A DNA stretch of 64,000 nt from Minisyncoccota bacterium. Its GTDB lineage: Bacteria; Patescibacteriota; Minisyncoccia; Phycocordibacterales; Phycocordibacteraceae. The notes beneath the pieces were generated by a model. That model was not told the DNA's origin and ran no database searches. It was given only the letters and a program-made list of their open reading frames with translations. Positions 1 to 9,146 of this stretch are shown here, one piece after another. Numbering within the stretch: position 1 is the stretch's first letter; the number at the start of each line of letters is the position of its first letter. The DNA lies in assembly GCA_035627595.1 (NCBI GenBank), contig DASPLK010000001.1, positions 69,619 to 133,618 on the forward strand, in the 5' to 3' direction. The position numbers and the translations under genes were made by a program.

Positions 1-1
1 G

Positions 2-88
2 TTCGAAACACCTGCAGAAATTCGGGATTCAATAGCACACCTTTTGCGTGAGCATCAGAAAGAGATAAAGGATAATTGGGCGCGTTGA
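2..88 (+). CDS. 3' end of an upstream gene (partial, unknown product)
   Basis: Open frame FETPAEIRDSIAHLLREHQKEIKDNWAR* from the window edge to TGA. Confidence 0.45.
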   Translation, partial: FETPAEIRDSIAHLLREHQKEIKDNWAR

Positions 89-112
89 GGTTTGTGATAC
101 TCTGATTTTGAT

Positions 113-670
113 ATGGCAGGACACAGTAAATGGGCTCAGATAAAGCGCGCAAAGGCGGTAACCGACCAGGCACGCTCTAAGACGTTCGGCCGCCTCGCGC
201 GTGTTATCACCCTTGAATCCAAGAAAGCGGCGGGCAACCTCTCCTCCCCCTCCCTCCAGTCGGCAATCCAGCGCGCAAAGGAGGCAAATATGCCTAAGGA
301 CAATATCGAACGCGCGATCGCCAAGGGCACATCCAAAGAAGCCAGTGATCTTGAGACGGTTACGTACGAATGCTACGGCCCGGGCGGCAGCGCCTTAATT
401 GCGACTGCAGTGACCGACAACCGGAACCGCACTACCCAGGAGATAAAGCACCTTCTTTCTAAGAACGGGTATGAGCTCGCAGCTCCTGGTTCCGCGATGT
501 GGGCGTTCACAAAGTCACCAGACGGCTCTTTCTCTCCCAACGAACCTCTAGTCGACCTTACCAGCGAGGATGAGCAAAAGCTATTCGAGCTCCTTGACCT
601 GTTTGACGAGCACGACGATGTACAAGACACGTATACAAACGTGCGCGGTTATGAGGATTCTCGCGATTGA
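113..670 (+). CDS. yebC: YebC/PmpR-family regulator (short CPR form)
   Basis: MAGHSKWAQIKR, ANMPKDNIERAI, YECYGPGG, TDNRNRT and HDDVQ motifs; lies next to ruvC. Confidence 0.95.
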   Translation: MAGHSKWAQIKRAKAVTDQARSKTFGRLARVITLESKKAAGNLSSPSLQSAIQRAKEANMPKDNIERAIAKGTSKEASDLETVTYECYGPGGSALIATAVTDNRNRTTQEIKHLLSKNGYELAAPGSAMWAFTKSPDGSFSPNEPLVDLTSEDEQKLFELLDLFDEHDDVQDTYTNVRGYEDSRD

Positions 671-1127
671 CCCAGGGTTTGATCGCATGGGCGTCGCGGT
701 ACTTGAGGGTGATCCGAGTAGACCGACATATGTATGGAGCACATGTGTGACGCCGCCAAAAGGCGAACCGTCTGAGCGTCTCGCAGTTGTGCAAAGTGCG
801 GTTGAAGCAGCGATCGTAGAATACGCCCCTGATGCGCTCGCAATTGAATCTCTATTCTTTAGCGTGAATAAGAAGTCAGCGCTTGGCGTTGCAGAAGCTC
901 GCGGCGCGGTCCTTGCCGCAGCGGGAAAGGCATCACTTCTTGTGCGAGAGTATTCCCCGCAGCAAGTGAAGTTAGCAGTCACTGGGTATGGCGCGGCGGA
1001 TAAGAGCGCGGTTATGCAAATGGTTCCGCGACTCCTCACTCTCCCACCAGGCCCCAGACTTGATGACGAGCTTGATGCCATTGCGCTTGGGATAGCCGCA
1101 CTTGCCGGACGCTATCCCCAAGGTTAG
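651..1127 (+). CDS. ruvC: Holliday junction resolvase RuvC
   Basis: MRILAIDPG...IESLFF...VTGYGAADK...DDELDAIA; start moved to ATG 651. Confidence 0.95.
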   Translation: MRILAIDPGFDRMGVAVLEGDPSRPTYVWSTCVTPPKGEPSERLAVVQSAVEAAIVEYAPDALAIESLFFSVNKKSALGVAEARGAVLAAAGKASLLVREYSPQQVKLAVTGYGAADKSAVMQMVPRLLTLPPGPRLDDELDAIALGIAALAGRYPQG

Positions 1128-1219
1128 CTATCCACTATTGCAAAGAGGATGCCATCTGCTCAAATAGAGGAGCTCAGAGCCTGCGGCCGCGAGTATGAAT
1201 AAGCTTATTTTCTTGGTTC

Positions 1220-1366
1220 ATGATCTACGACGACATGGATATTCGTGATGAAGAGGTGGGCGTTTCCGCCGATGATGAGATGGACGAGGAGGACACTGCA
1301 GATGACGAGACTGAGGCAGAAGATGTTCTCTTCCCTGTTGAGGACGACGAGGAAGAGACCCTCTAG
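1220..1366 (+). CDS. 48-aa hyperacidic microprotein (below ORF-track cutoff)
   Basis: MIYDDMDIRDEEVGVSADDEMDEEDTADDETEAEDVLFPVEDDEEETL*; 25/48 residues D/E; terminator hairpin follows directly. Confidence 0.7.
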   Translation: MIYDDMDIRDEEVGVSADDEMDEEDTADDETEAEDVLFPVEDDEEETL

Positions 1367-1372
1367 ATAATG

Positions 1373-1399
1373 AAGCGGCCCGCATCTGCGGGCCGCTTT
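1373..1399 (+). terminator. Intrinsic terminator-like hairpin
   Basis: AAGCGGCCCGCA-TC-TGCGGGCCGCTT(T). Confidence 0.75.
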
Positions 1400-1426
1400 C
1401 GTGATACGATGTCTATAAAGCACCCT

Positions 1427-3670
1427 ATGCCTCGTAAGAAGAAGCTATTTAAGGACCTTTCGGTGTTTCTGAACGACCCGCATCCGCTCATGCGTGCGGG
1501 CTACATTCTCGGCGGCATCGGCCTTCTCTTCGTTGGCCTCACCATCCTGTGGATCGCGTTCGCACCGGCACCCGATTTTGAATCCTTCCTAAATCGAAAG
1601 ATCGCACTTTCGACAAAGATTTACGATAGTACCGGAGAAGTTGTCCTATACGACCTCAATACTGACATTCGTCGCACGACCGTTCCCCTTTCCAGCATCT
1701 CTCCCTATATTCAGAAGGCGGCGATAGCTATTGAGGATGATAAGTTCTACGAGCACAGCGGAGTGCGTCCAATCTCCCTTATTCGCGCGATGCTTGCAAA
1801 CATACAGGCTGGCGAATTCGCGCAAGGCGGCTCAACCATCACCCAACAGGTAGTGAAGTTGACCGTGCTCACCGGCGAGAAGAGCATCGTAAGAAAGGTG
1901 CACGAGTGGTTCCTCGCGTGGAAACTTGAGAGTAAGTACACCAAGGATCAGATTTTGGAGATGTACCTCAACGACGCACCGTACGGCGGCACACTTTATG
2001 GCGCTGAAGCGGCTTCCCGTGCCTTCTTCGGCACCTCTGCAAGCGAACTTACTTTGGCAGAAGCCGCGTACCTTGCAGCTATTCCCCAGCGCCCAACGTA
2101 CTTCTCTCCATACGGCAACAATCGCGAGGATCTTGATGCGCGCAAAAACCTTGTTCTCGATCGCATGCTCGCGCTTGGCTACATTACGAACGAGCAGTAT
2201 GAGGAGGCGAAGAATGAAGTGGTTGCTTTCAATCCAATGCAAAACGGCTCTATTATCGCGCCACACTTCGTGTTCTATATCCGCCAGCAGCTTGAGGAAA
2301 AGTATGGTGCGGATGTGGTCACACAAGGACTTAAAGTTGTGACCACTCTTGATGCAGAGCTGCAGCACACTGCGGAATCTATTGTGTATCAGTACGCGCT
2401 TGAGAATGAGAGGCGCTTCAATGCATCGAACGCTGCTCTGGTTGCGATAGACCCGAAGACCGGATACATCCGCGCCATGGTGGGCTCACGTAATTATTTT
2501 GACCCAAACATACAAGGCAACTTCAATGTTGCGGTTGCCGCTCGTCAGCCTGGCTCAGCGTTTAAGCCGTTCGTATACGCAGCTGCGCTTGAGAAGGGCT
2601 TTACGCCGCAGACCATCATCTTTGATACACCGACCCAGTTCTCTACCGCGTGTGCACCATCGGACGTCTTTAATCACTCCACGCCGTGCTACGCACCAGG
2701 TAACTACGACGATAGGTTCCGTGGTCCGATGACGTTCACGACCGCGCTCGCGCAGTCGATCAACGTCCCCGCAGTGAAGACGATGTACCTCGCGGGTATC
2801 GATAATGTGCTCAATCTCGCGCAGCGTGCTGGTATTACTACACTTAACTTGCGTGAGGATGAGAAATCCTTAGCACTAGCGCTTGGTGCAGGCGAGGTGC
2901 GCCTTCTTGATCTTACGAACGCGTTCGCGACATTCGCAAACGATGGTGTATATAACAAAGCGACCGGTATCCTTCGCGTCGAGGATGTGAAGGGTAAGGT
3001 GCTTGAGGAGTATGAGGCTGACCCTCAACAGGCGCTTGATGCTGGCGTTGCTCGTGATGTTTCCTGGATGCTTTCCAATAATGAGGCACGTCAGCCGCAG
3101 TACCCCCCTAATAACCCGTTCTACTTCCCTGGTTATGATGTTGCTGCTAAGACGGGTACTACCAATGAGTACCGCGATGTGTGGACTGTAGGGTACACGC
3201 CCTCAATCGCAATTGGCGTCTGGGCCGGCAATAACGACAACAGTGCAATGGTCCGCGAGACTGCCGGGTACGTGGTCGCCCCAATGTGGAACGCGATCAT
3301 GCAGCAAGCGCTTGCCACATACCCACAGGAATTCTTCGGAGAGCCGCGCGGCATCCCGGAGAATGCTCCCCCTGCCCTTCGCGGGCAGCATTATGACGCG
3401 AGCGGTGCTCATGACATCCTCCACTACGTAAATAAAGACAATCCACTTGGAGGCGGCACCTCGCAGGGTGATGGACAGTATCCATATTGGGAGTACTCCG
3501 TACGCTCCTGGGGCGCGCCACAACCAACAGCAACTACTACTCCAGGTCTCATCTACGAAATCATTCCACCAGAGATTCTACGCACCCTTCCTGGATACGA
3601 AGACGGATTCCAGACCCCTCCCTCTGAGGACGATTCCGAAGAGAACACTAACGAATCTCGCGAAGAGTAA
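1427..3670 (+). CDS. Class A penicillin-binding protein (transglycosylase/transpeptidase, PBP1A family)
   Basis: N-terminal TM; EDDKFYEHSG and GGSTITQQVVK glycosyltransferase motifs; SAFK (SxxK), SIN and KTG transpeptidase motifs; start uncertain. Confidence 0.93.
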   Translation: MPRKKKLFKDLSVFLNDPHPLMRAGYILGGIGLLFVGLTILWIAFAPAPDFESFLNRKIALSTKIYDSTGEVVLYDLNTDIRRTTVPLSSISPYIQKAAIAIEDDKFYEHSGVRPISLIRAMLANIQAGEFAQGGSTITQQVVKLTVLTGEKSIVRKVHEWFLAWKLESKYTKDQILEMYLNDAPYGGTLYGAEAASRAFFGTSASELTLAEAAYLAAIPQRPTYFSPYGNNREDLDARKNLVLDRMLALGYITNEQYEEAKNEVVAFNPMQNGSIIAPHFVFYIRQQLEEKYGADVVTQGLKVVTTLDAELQHTAESIVYQYALENERRFNASNAALVAIDPKTGYIRAMVGSRNYFDPNIQGNFNVAVAARQPGSAFKPFVYAAALEKGFTPQTIIFDTPTQFSTACAPSDVFNHSTPCYAPGNYDDRFRGPMTFTTALAQSINVPAVKTMYLAGIDNVLNLAQRAGITTLNLREDEKSLALALGAGEVRLLDLTNAFATFANDGVYNKATGILRVEDVKGKVLEEYEADPQQALDAGVARDVSWMLSNNEARQPQYPPNNPFYFPGYDVAAKTGTTNEYRDVWTVGYTPSIAIGVWAGNNDNSAMVRETAGYVVAPMWNAIMQQALATYPQEFFGEPRGIPENAPPALRGQHYDASGAHDILHYVNKDNPLGGGTSQGDGQYPYWEYSVRSWGAPQPTATTTPGLIYEIIPPEILRTLPGYEDGFQTPPSEDDSEENTNESREE

Positions 3671-3899
3671 TACCCTCCCTTTCCAGGAGGGTTTTTGCTT
3701 CCTCAAACTTTATTACGAGAGCTGATTTCATTACTGGCGGCACAGCGAGCGATATCGCTCCATCTGTATAGCGAACCTGCTTAGAGGTTATTGGCACTCC
3801 GAGTACGCGTGTGAGAGCCTCCGCACATGCCCTACGCACCTCCGCCTCTTTAACGCCTGGTATTCGATGTGTTTTGAGTAGTTCGCTGAGAGATTTCAT
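3648..3899 (-). CDS. Small protein directly downstream of dnaN; possible DciA/DUF721-like helicase-loader
   Basis: 83 aa, 3 nt after the dnaN stop; MKSLSELL start and alpha/beta pattern; function inferred from synteny only. Confidence 0.5.
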   Translation of the reverse strand: MKSLSELLKTHRIPGVKEAEVRRACAEALTRVLGVPITSKQVRYTDGAISLAVPPVMKSALVIKFEEAKTLLEREGITLREIR

Positions 3900-3902
3900 G
3901 CG

Positions 3903-5003
3903 CTACTGATTCATTGGCATCACAAGATATAGGAAGGACGCGTCTCCAGATCCGCGCATGACCAAAGGGCGGCCGATACCTGACGCTGAGAGAGTAAGAC
4001 TCTCGGCAGTAATCAGCGGGAGAGGAGCTGAGAGGTATCGATGGTTAAAGGAGAGCTCGATAGTGTCTCCGACAACTGACGCGGGGATAGATTCTGAAGT
4101 CTCACCAATATCATTGTTGCGTGCAGTAAGTGCTACCTGCTTCTCTTTAGAAGAAACTGAGAGGCGCACTTTTTGAAAAGTATCGGAGAAGATGGCAGTA
4201 CGGCGGAGTGCTGATTCAAGATCCTTACGGAGAAGTGTTGCCTCTGAAACGAATGCTTTAGGGATGATTTGTGCGTAATCAGGGTATGAGAGCGTAACAA
4301 GACGGGTTGTCACCATGCCAGAAGCCCAAGAAAACGCACATTGGTGCTCATCAACAAGCACTTCTACCGCATCATCTGGAAGCGTCTGAATGATGTCTAT
4401 AGCGTTCTTTGCTGGAATGAGTATGGAGAACGGATCCATCTTGCCGGAAACGGACAACTTTTTCTCCGCGAGGCGGAAGGAGTCGGTCGCGACCGCCTTA
4501 AGCGTACCCCCTTCAAATGAGAGCAGAATACTCGCGAGCTCAGGTCGAACAGTTGATGGAGATGCGCAGGACGCGACTGAGGTTACGAGAGATACCAGAG
4601 ATGCTCCTGGAAGCGAGAATTTGGCCTTAGGAGACTCAGGAAACGGGAGGGTGGGAAAATCCTCGAATGGAAGGGTCTTCATTTGGCTACGGCCCATCTG
4701 GGAGGTAATGACGACTGTCTCTCCCCCATACTCAAGAGACACAGTGCCTCCCCCAGTAAACGAGGAGGTCATCTCCCGAAGCGTGGCGGCTGGAAGCACA
4801 ACGACACCAGGCGCTTTGATATCGCCTGCGACTTTATAGTCGATACCAGTCTCAAGGTTAGTTGCACGTAGCTTTATACCGTCGTCGCCTGCGACTATGG
4901 CGATGCCGGAGAGAACTGGGAGTGTTGCTGAACGCCGTTCTGCGAACCTGGCGACTGCGCCCACGGCTTGGGCTAGTTCTTTCTTATCTACAGTTATGAT
5001 CAT
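3903..5003 (-). CDS. dnaN: DNA polymerase III beta clamp
   Basis: LPVLSGI, ATNLE, VATDSFRLA, YPDY, YLVMPM; 366 aa; downstream of dnaA. Confidence 0.97.
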   Translation of the reverse strand: MIITVDKKELAQAVGAVARFAERRSATLPVLSGIAIVAGDDGIKLRATNLETGIDYKVAGDIKAPGVVVLPAATLREMTSSFTGGGTVSLEYGGETVVITSQMGRSQMKTLPFEDFPTLPFPESPKAKFSLPGASLVSLVTSVASCASPSTVRPELASILLSFEGGTLKAVATDSFRLAEKKLSVSGKMDPFSILIPAKNAIDIIQTLPDDAVEVLVDEHQCAFSWASGMVTTRLVTLSYPDYAQIIPKAFVSEATLLRKDLESALRRTAIFSDTFQKVRLSVSSKEKQVALTARNNDIGETSESIPASVVGDTIELSFNHRYLSAPLPLITAESLTLSASGIGRPLVMRGSGDASFLYLVMPMNQ

Positions 5004-5223
5004 ATGCCGCTCATTATTATTAGCCGTGTGGATAGGGGGATAAGTCCCGTATACCTACAGTATACGCCCTTTTTGGAAGTCTGCCTGAAAGTAGAAGGTG
5101 TGGGGTACTGGCGGTGGAAATACCCTTGAAACGGGGATAGCTTTAAGGCCGTATATGGAGATGGGGAGAACTTAGATAGTTCTCCCCATGTTCCTATACC
5201 TGGTTTCCCACACCTATCCACAG
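5004..5223. promoter_or_regulatory. Probable oriC (dnaA-dnaN intergenic)
   Basis: DnaA-box-like 9-mers TGTGGATAG (5027-5035), GGGGGATAA (5035-5043) and CTATCCACA (5214-5222); inverted repeat at 5161-5189; minus strand reads box-box-CGG-CTA ATA ATA ATG (DnaA-trio-like). Confidence 0.75.
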
Positions 5224-6570
5224 CTATACCAACAAGCTACGGATATCTTGGATCTCTTTTGCAAGCTCCGCGTCGCTCACTATCTCACGCTTCACCTTCT
5301 CACAAGAGTGAATGACGGTTGTGTGGTCGCGGCCACCAAGCTTCGTGCCGATTGTTGGATAAGAGACAGAGAAATCCTCGCGGAGAATATACATAATCAC
5401 CTGCCGCGGCCTGACCACTTCCCTTCTGCGAGTCTTCTCATAGATACTTTCCTCATCAATGCCGTAGAACTCTGCGACTTTAGACACCACATGTTTTACC
5501 GAAACAGTCTTCGTTGGGCGTGAGAATGAGCGTAAGGACTGCTTCACCTCCGCAATATCCGGTGGCACTCCCTTTACCTGCGTGTGACAGACAATGGAGT
5601 TGATAACTCCCTCGAGCTCACGGATGTTGCCTGAAATAGAAGTCGCCACGAACTCCACCACCTCGTCAGAGAGCGTCACTCCGTTAGCCGCAGCCTTTTT
5701 ACGCACTATGGCCATACGGCTTTCAGTATCTGGCTCACTAATATCAACCGTCATGCCGGCCAAGAATCGGCCTTTGAGACGTTCAGCGATATCTGGAATA
5801 GATGCGGGCGCGCGGTCAGAGGAGAAGATGATCTGCTTATTGTTGTCGTGGAGTGTGTTGAATAGGTGGAATACCTCCTCTTGGGTCTTCTCCCGCTTAG
5901 CGAAGAACTGCACATCATCCATGATCAAAAGGTCGTAGTGCCTATACTTCTCTTTGAATCTGTTTGCGGTGCCGTTTTGAATAGCGTCCGTGTACTCATT
6001 ACCAAACTGCTCTGAGGAGAGATAGTAGACCTTACGGGTCGGGTACATCTTCTTAAACTGGTTCCCTATCGCCTGGATGAGGTGTGTTTTACCGCGTCCG
6101 GTCTCGCCGTAGATAAAGAGTGGATTGTAGAGAATGCCAGGATTCTTTATAGCTGCTTGTGCCGCTGCGTGCGCAAGCTCATTGAAGGATCCCACCACAA
6201 ACGTGTCGAAGGTGTAGCGAGGATTGAGATTGTCACTCTTATTCTTATAGAAATCGTTCAAAGGGAGCTCCACGGTAGGCTGCGGACGCTTCACCTCCTT
6301 AGGCTTCCGGGCGATATCCTTAACGATGTCGTACTCAACGTTGCGGTACTCATAAGAAACACCGCGGACTATCTTCAAAAGGAGTGTATGGAACTTCTTA
6401 AGGTACCAATCGCGATAGAATTGGCTCGGAACACCAATATGCACGACATTGTCCTCTATCTTTACGATCGAGCTGTCGCGGAACCAGGTATTGAAGTTAG
6501 CGGGAGAAATGGAAAGCTCGACCTGCGATAGAACATATTCCCAAAGTTCATGCGGATCTGACTTATTCAT
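5224..6570 (-). CDS. dnaA: Chromosomal replication initiator DnaA
   Basis: NPRYTFDTFV, YNPLFIYGETGRGKTHL, DLLIMDDVQF, RELEG, GGRDHTTVIHS. Confidence 0.98.
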   Translation of the reverse strand: MNKSDPHELWEYVLSQVELSISPANFNTWFRDSSIVKIEDNVVHIGVPSQFYRDWYLKKFHTLLLKIVRGVSYEYRNVEYDIVKDIARKPKEVKRPQPTVELPLNDFYKNKSDNLNPRYTFDTFVVGSFNELAHAAAQAAIKNPGILYNPLFIYGETGRGKTHLIQAIGNQFKKMYPTRKVYYLSSEQFGNEYTDAIQNGTANRFKEKYRHYDLLIMDDVQFFAKREKTQEEVFHLFNTLHDNNKQIIFSSDRAPASIPDIAERLKGRFLAGMTVDISEPDTESRMAIVRKKAAANGVTLSDEVVEFVATSISGNIRELEGVINSIVCHTQVKGVPPDIAEVKQSLRSFSRPTKTVSVKHVVSKVAEFYGIDEESIYEKTRRREVVRPRQVIMYILREDFSVSYPTIGTKLGGRDHTTVIHSCEKVKREIVSDAELAKEIQDIRSLLV

Positions 6571-6650
6571 CGTTGCCGTATTATACGCGCCCAGGGAAAA
6601 GGCGGAAGCGCCTAAAATCTTGCGTTTGGCAGGTCACCCTGGTACTATCC

Positions 6651-6659
6651 TGTGGACAA
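6651..6659 (-). promoter_or_regulatory. DnaA box between dnaA and rpmH
   Basis: TGTGGACAA (= TTGTCCACA, 1 mismatch to TTATCCACA). Confidence 0.6.
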
Positions 6660-6660
6660 C

Positions 6661-6798
6661 ATGCCTAAGCGCACCTATCAACCAAAGAAACGCAAGCGCG
6701 CGAAGACCCACGGGTTCCGCGCACGCTCCGCTACGCCATCCGGCCGCGCGGTCTTGCTGCGCCGCCGCCGAAAGGGCCGCGCAGAGCTCGCGGTATAA
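6661..6798 (+). CDS. rpmH: 50S ribosomal protein L34
   Basis: [45 protein letters not shown]; missed by the ORF track. Confidence 0.97.
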   Translation: MPKRTYQPKKRKRAKTHGFRARSATPSGRAVLLRRRRKGRAELAV

Positions 6799-6799
6799 C

Positions 6800-7126
6800 A
6801 TGATCCCACGCCGTCTGCGTCTCTCCAGGAAGGATTTCGAGAGTGTCGTAAGCGGAAAGGAGCTGATGCGGGCTGTGAGCCCGCATTTCTCCATTTCCTA
6901 TGGCTCCTCCCCTGCCAAAGGCGGGTGTGGGGTCGTAGTATCCAAGAAGGTGGAGCGCAGCTCCGTAAAGCGGCATTTATTGAAGCGTCGCATCCGTGAA
7001 GTGTTGAGGGAGTACTGCTCCACAGACCACATCTTCATTGTTTATGCGCGCCCAGGTGCCGAGACCCTCTCGTTTGCTGACCTTTCAGCAGAGCTCTCCG
7101 CTGAGTTAGAGCGCATACGCGCATAA
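6800..7126 (+). CDS. rnpA: Ribonuclease P protein component
   Basis: RLSRKDF...GVVVSKKVERSSVKRHLLKRRIRE (RNR-motif equivalent); rpmH-rnpA-yidC synteny. Confidence 0.92.
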   Translation: MIPRRLRLSRKDFESVVSGKELMRAVSPHFSISYGSSPAKGGCGVVVSKKVERSSVKRHLLKRRIREVLREYCSTDHIFIVYARPGAETLSFADLSAELSAELERIRA

Positions 7127-7147
7127 TCTGGTACTCTTTTGAGCACT

Positions 7148-7894
7148 ATGCTCGACTTCTTCCACCAGATTCTATACGTACCGATCTATAACCTCCTTAT
7201 CTACCTTGTTGGCGTCCTACCAGGCGCCGATGTCGGTCTTGCGGTCGTTATTGTGACGCTCATCGTGAAAGCCGTAACCTTTCCCCTTTCTCTCTCTGCG
7301 GTTAAGACCCAGGCAGCAATGCGAAAGATAGAGCCAGAGCTTAAAGCGCTCCGTGAGGCCCATAAAGACGACAAACAGAAGCAGGCAGAGGAAATGTTCG
7401 CGCTCTATAAGAAGTACGGTATACGCCCATTTTCGAGCATTCTTCTTATGCTCATTCAAATTCCTGTCTTGATCACCCTCTTCCTCGTATTCCAGCGTGA
7501 ATCGATGGATGCAGTTAATCCTGAGATCCTCTATCCATTCGTTTCTGACCCAGGAGTGTTCTCCGCGCTCTTCCTCGGATTCTTCGTAATTGCAGGCCAC
7601 AACCTTATTCTTGCCGGCCTTGCTGCCATCACGCAATTCATTCAAGCCCGCTATGCTATTCCTCTCCCAGAGAAGAAGGTTCGTGATTACAGCAAGGGGC
7701 CTACAAAGGAGGAGATGGGTGCTGAGTTTGGACGCGCAATGGCTATACAAGCCCGCTTTGTGCTCCCTATTGTGGTTGGATTCGTGGCCTTCACCTCAGG
7801 CGCAGTCGCTCTCTACTTGATAACGAGTAACTTGGTAGCGCTACTGCAAGAGTTCATCGTTAGAACGTCAGGACTCAAAACAAAGACTGTATAA
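7148..7894 (+). CDS. yidC: YidC/Oxa1 membrane protein insertase
   Basis: GLAVVIVTLIVK...MRKIEPELK...LIQIPVL...ALYLITSN. Confidence 0.93.
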   Translation: MLDFFHQILYVPIYNLLIYLVGVLPGADVGLAVVIVTLIVKAVTFPLSLSAVKTQAAMRKIEPELKALREAHKDDKQKQAEEMFALYKKYGIRPFSSILLMLIQIPVLITLFLVFQRESMDAVNPEILYPFVSDPGVFSALFLGFFVIAGHNLILAGLAAITQFIQARYAIPLPEKKVRDYSKGPTKEEMGAEFGRAMAIQARFVLPIVVGFVAFTSGAVALYLITSNLVALLQEFIVRTSGLKTKTV

Positions 7895-7926
7895 CAAAAC
7901 GGCCCCAAACGGGGCCGTTTTGTTAT
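7891..7926. terminator. Bidirectional terminator between convergent genes
   Basis: ATAACAAAACGGCCCC-AAAC-GGGGCCGTTTTGTTAT. Confidence 0.85.
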
Positions 7927-9143
7927 AGATCGTATGCCCACAGAGAGCCGTCGAGGCGGTTTCTGAAAGTGAGCACATCATTCCTGCCGTCTGTCTTGAG
8001 GCCGGTCATATCTATCGTCGCTTCTCCTGAGGACGTCGGATCGATGAGGAGCGTTGCTACACGTCCATCCATATCAATACGCCAGAGGCGATCAGAGAAC
8101 GCCACAACTCCCTGGTACCATTCATCCGGGAGAGATCCTGTAATACCACGTGGTATGCCGCAGAAGATGGCGCGGCTGTCTGAGGACCAAGTACACTTCT
8201 CTGCAAGAGTCGCGATCGGGAGCGCTGTACTGTCCCCTGTCGCTCTATCAAGCACTGACATACGCAATGTGCGCCCATCCATGTGGGTATAAAGTACAAG
8301 GCTACCCGATGGACTCGGGAGTATGGAAAGACCGCGCAACGGACCGAGTATTCTTGTGAATGCACCGTTCGCACCCACTGTAAACGCATATCCATCTAAT
8401 GAGGCGGACGCTTTCGTATGTGCCATGTACGGGCCATCGGAAAGATGTACGGTGAGGCTCGCAAGCGGTGAGGAGAAGAGTGTGCGAGAGTTTGTGCCAT
8501 CTGCATTTGATACAGTCCCTACAGATCCTGAAGTCGATGGCATCAGAGTGAAGAGGGTCGTCGTTCCAATAACACTCGCCTGGGAAAGGCCGCGTTCGAG
8601 GAAATATCCTCCTTCCCCAGCAGCAGGAAGTGCATACGTCTCTACGCGGTCCTCCCCATCACTACCAGAAAGGAACCGTGCGTACGCGAGCGAGCCATCT
8701 GAAAGCCAAGATGCTTCCTGTATGCCTGGCAGAGTACGGTTGGCGATACGCTCTAGGGTTCGGTCGTAGAAGCGGTATGCATAGATGTTTCCACTTGCAC
8801 GGTCGATGTAACGGATCTCAACATCCCCTGGCAACGTTTCAGGTGTGCCACTAGCTGTTTCGGCTGGCACTACCTGAGACGGTAGGTCATATATAGCCAT
8901 GCCAAGTGCGACCGGGCTCTCCGTAATGCGAATGAGACGCGGTGCGACTTCCTCCCCTGCTGGAACAGGACCGGTAGCGCCCTCGGTAGGGTCTGACGGA
9001 AGCGGAACATCATCTGCTTCATCGAATGAGACCCCATCTGAAGTTGAAAGAGAAGGCTCCTTAGGGCCAAAGATCATGTAGACACCAAACCCGATACCAG
9101 CCAGGAAGATGATACTTGCGACGATAATTAGTGCGCGCTTCAT
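7923..9143 (-). CDS. Membrane-anchored extracellular beta-propeller-like protein (T4SS cluster)
   Basis: N-terminal TM; repeated WLSDGS / PSPSGS / WSSDSR blades; last gene of the co-directional cluster. Confidence 0.7.
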   Translation of the reverse strand: MKRALIIVASIIFLAGIGFGVYMIFGPKEPSLSTSDGVSFDEADDVPLPSDPTEGATGPVPAGEEVAPRLIRITESPVALGMAIYDLPSQVVPAETASGTPETLPGDVEIRYIDRASGNIYAYRFYDRTLERIANRTLPGIQEASWLSDGSLAYARFLSGSDGEDRVETYALPAAGEGGYFLERGLSQASVIGTTTLFTLMPSTSGSVGTVSNADGTNSRTLFSSPLASLTVHLSDGPYMAHTKASASLDGYAFTVGANGAFTRILGPLRGLSILPSPSGSLVLYTHMDGRTLRMSVLDRATGDSTALPIATLAEKCTWSSDSRAIFCGIPRGITGSLPDEWYQGVVAFSDRLWRIDMDGRVATLLIDPTSSGEATIDMTGLKTDGRNDVLTFRNRLDGSLWAYDL

Positions 9144-9146
9144 ACG

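Noticed and set aside
6449-7126. 225-aa ORF as a single protein
   Set aside because: It overlaps dnaA and rpmH; only the part from ATG 6800 is RnpA.
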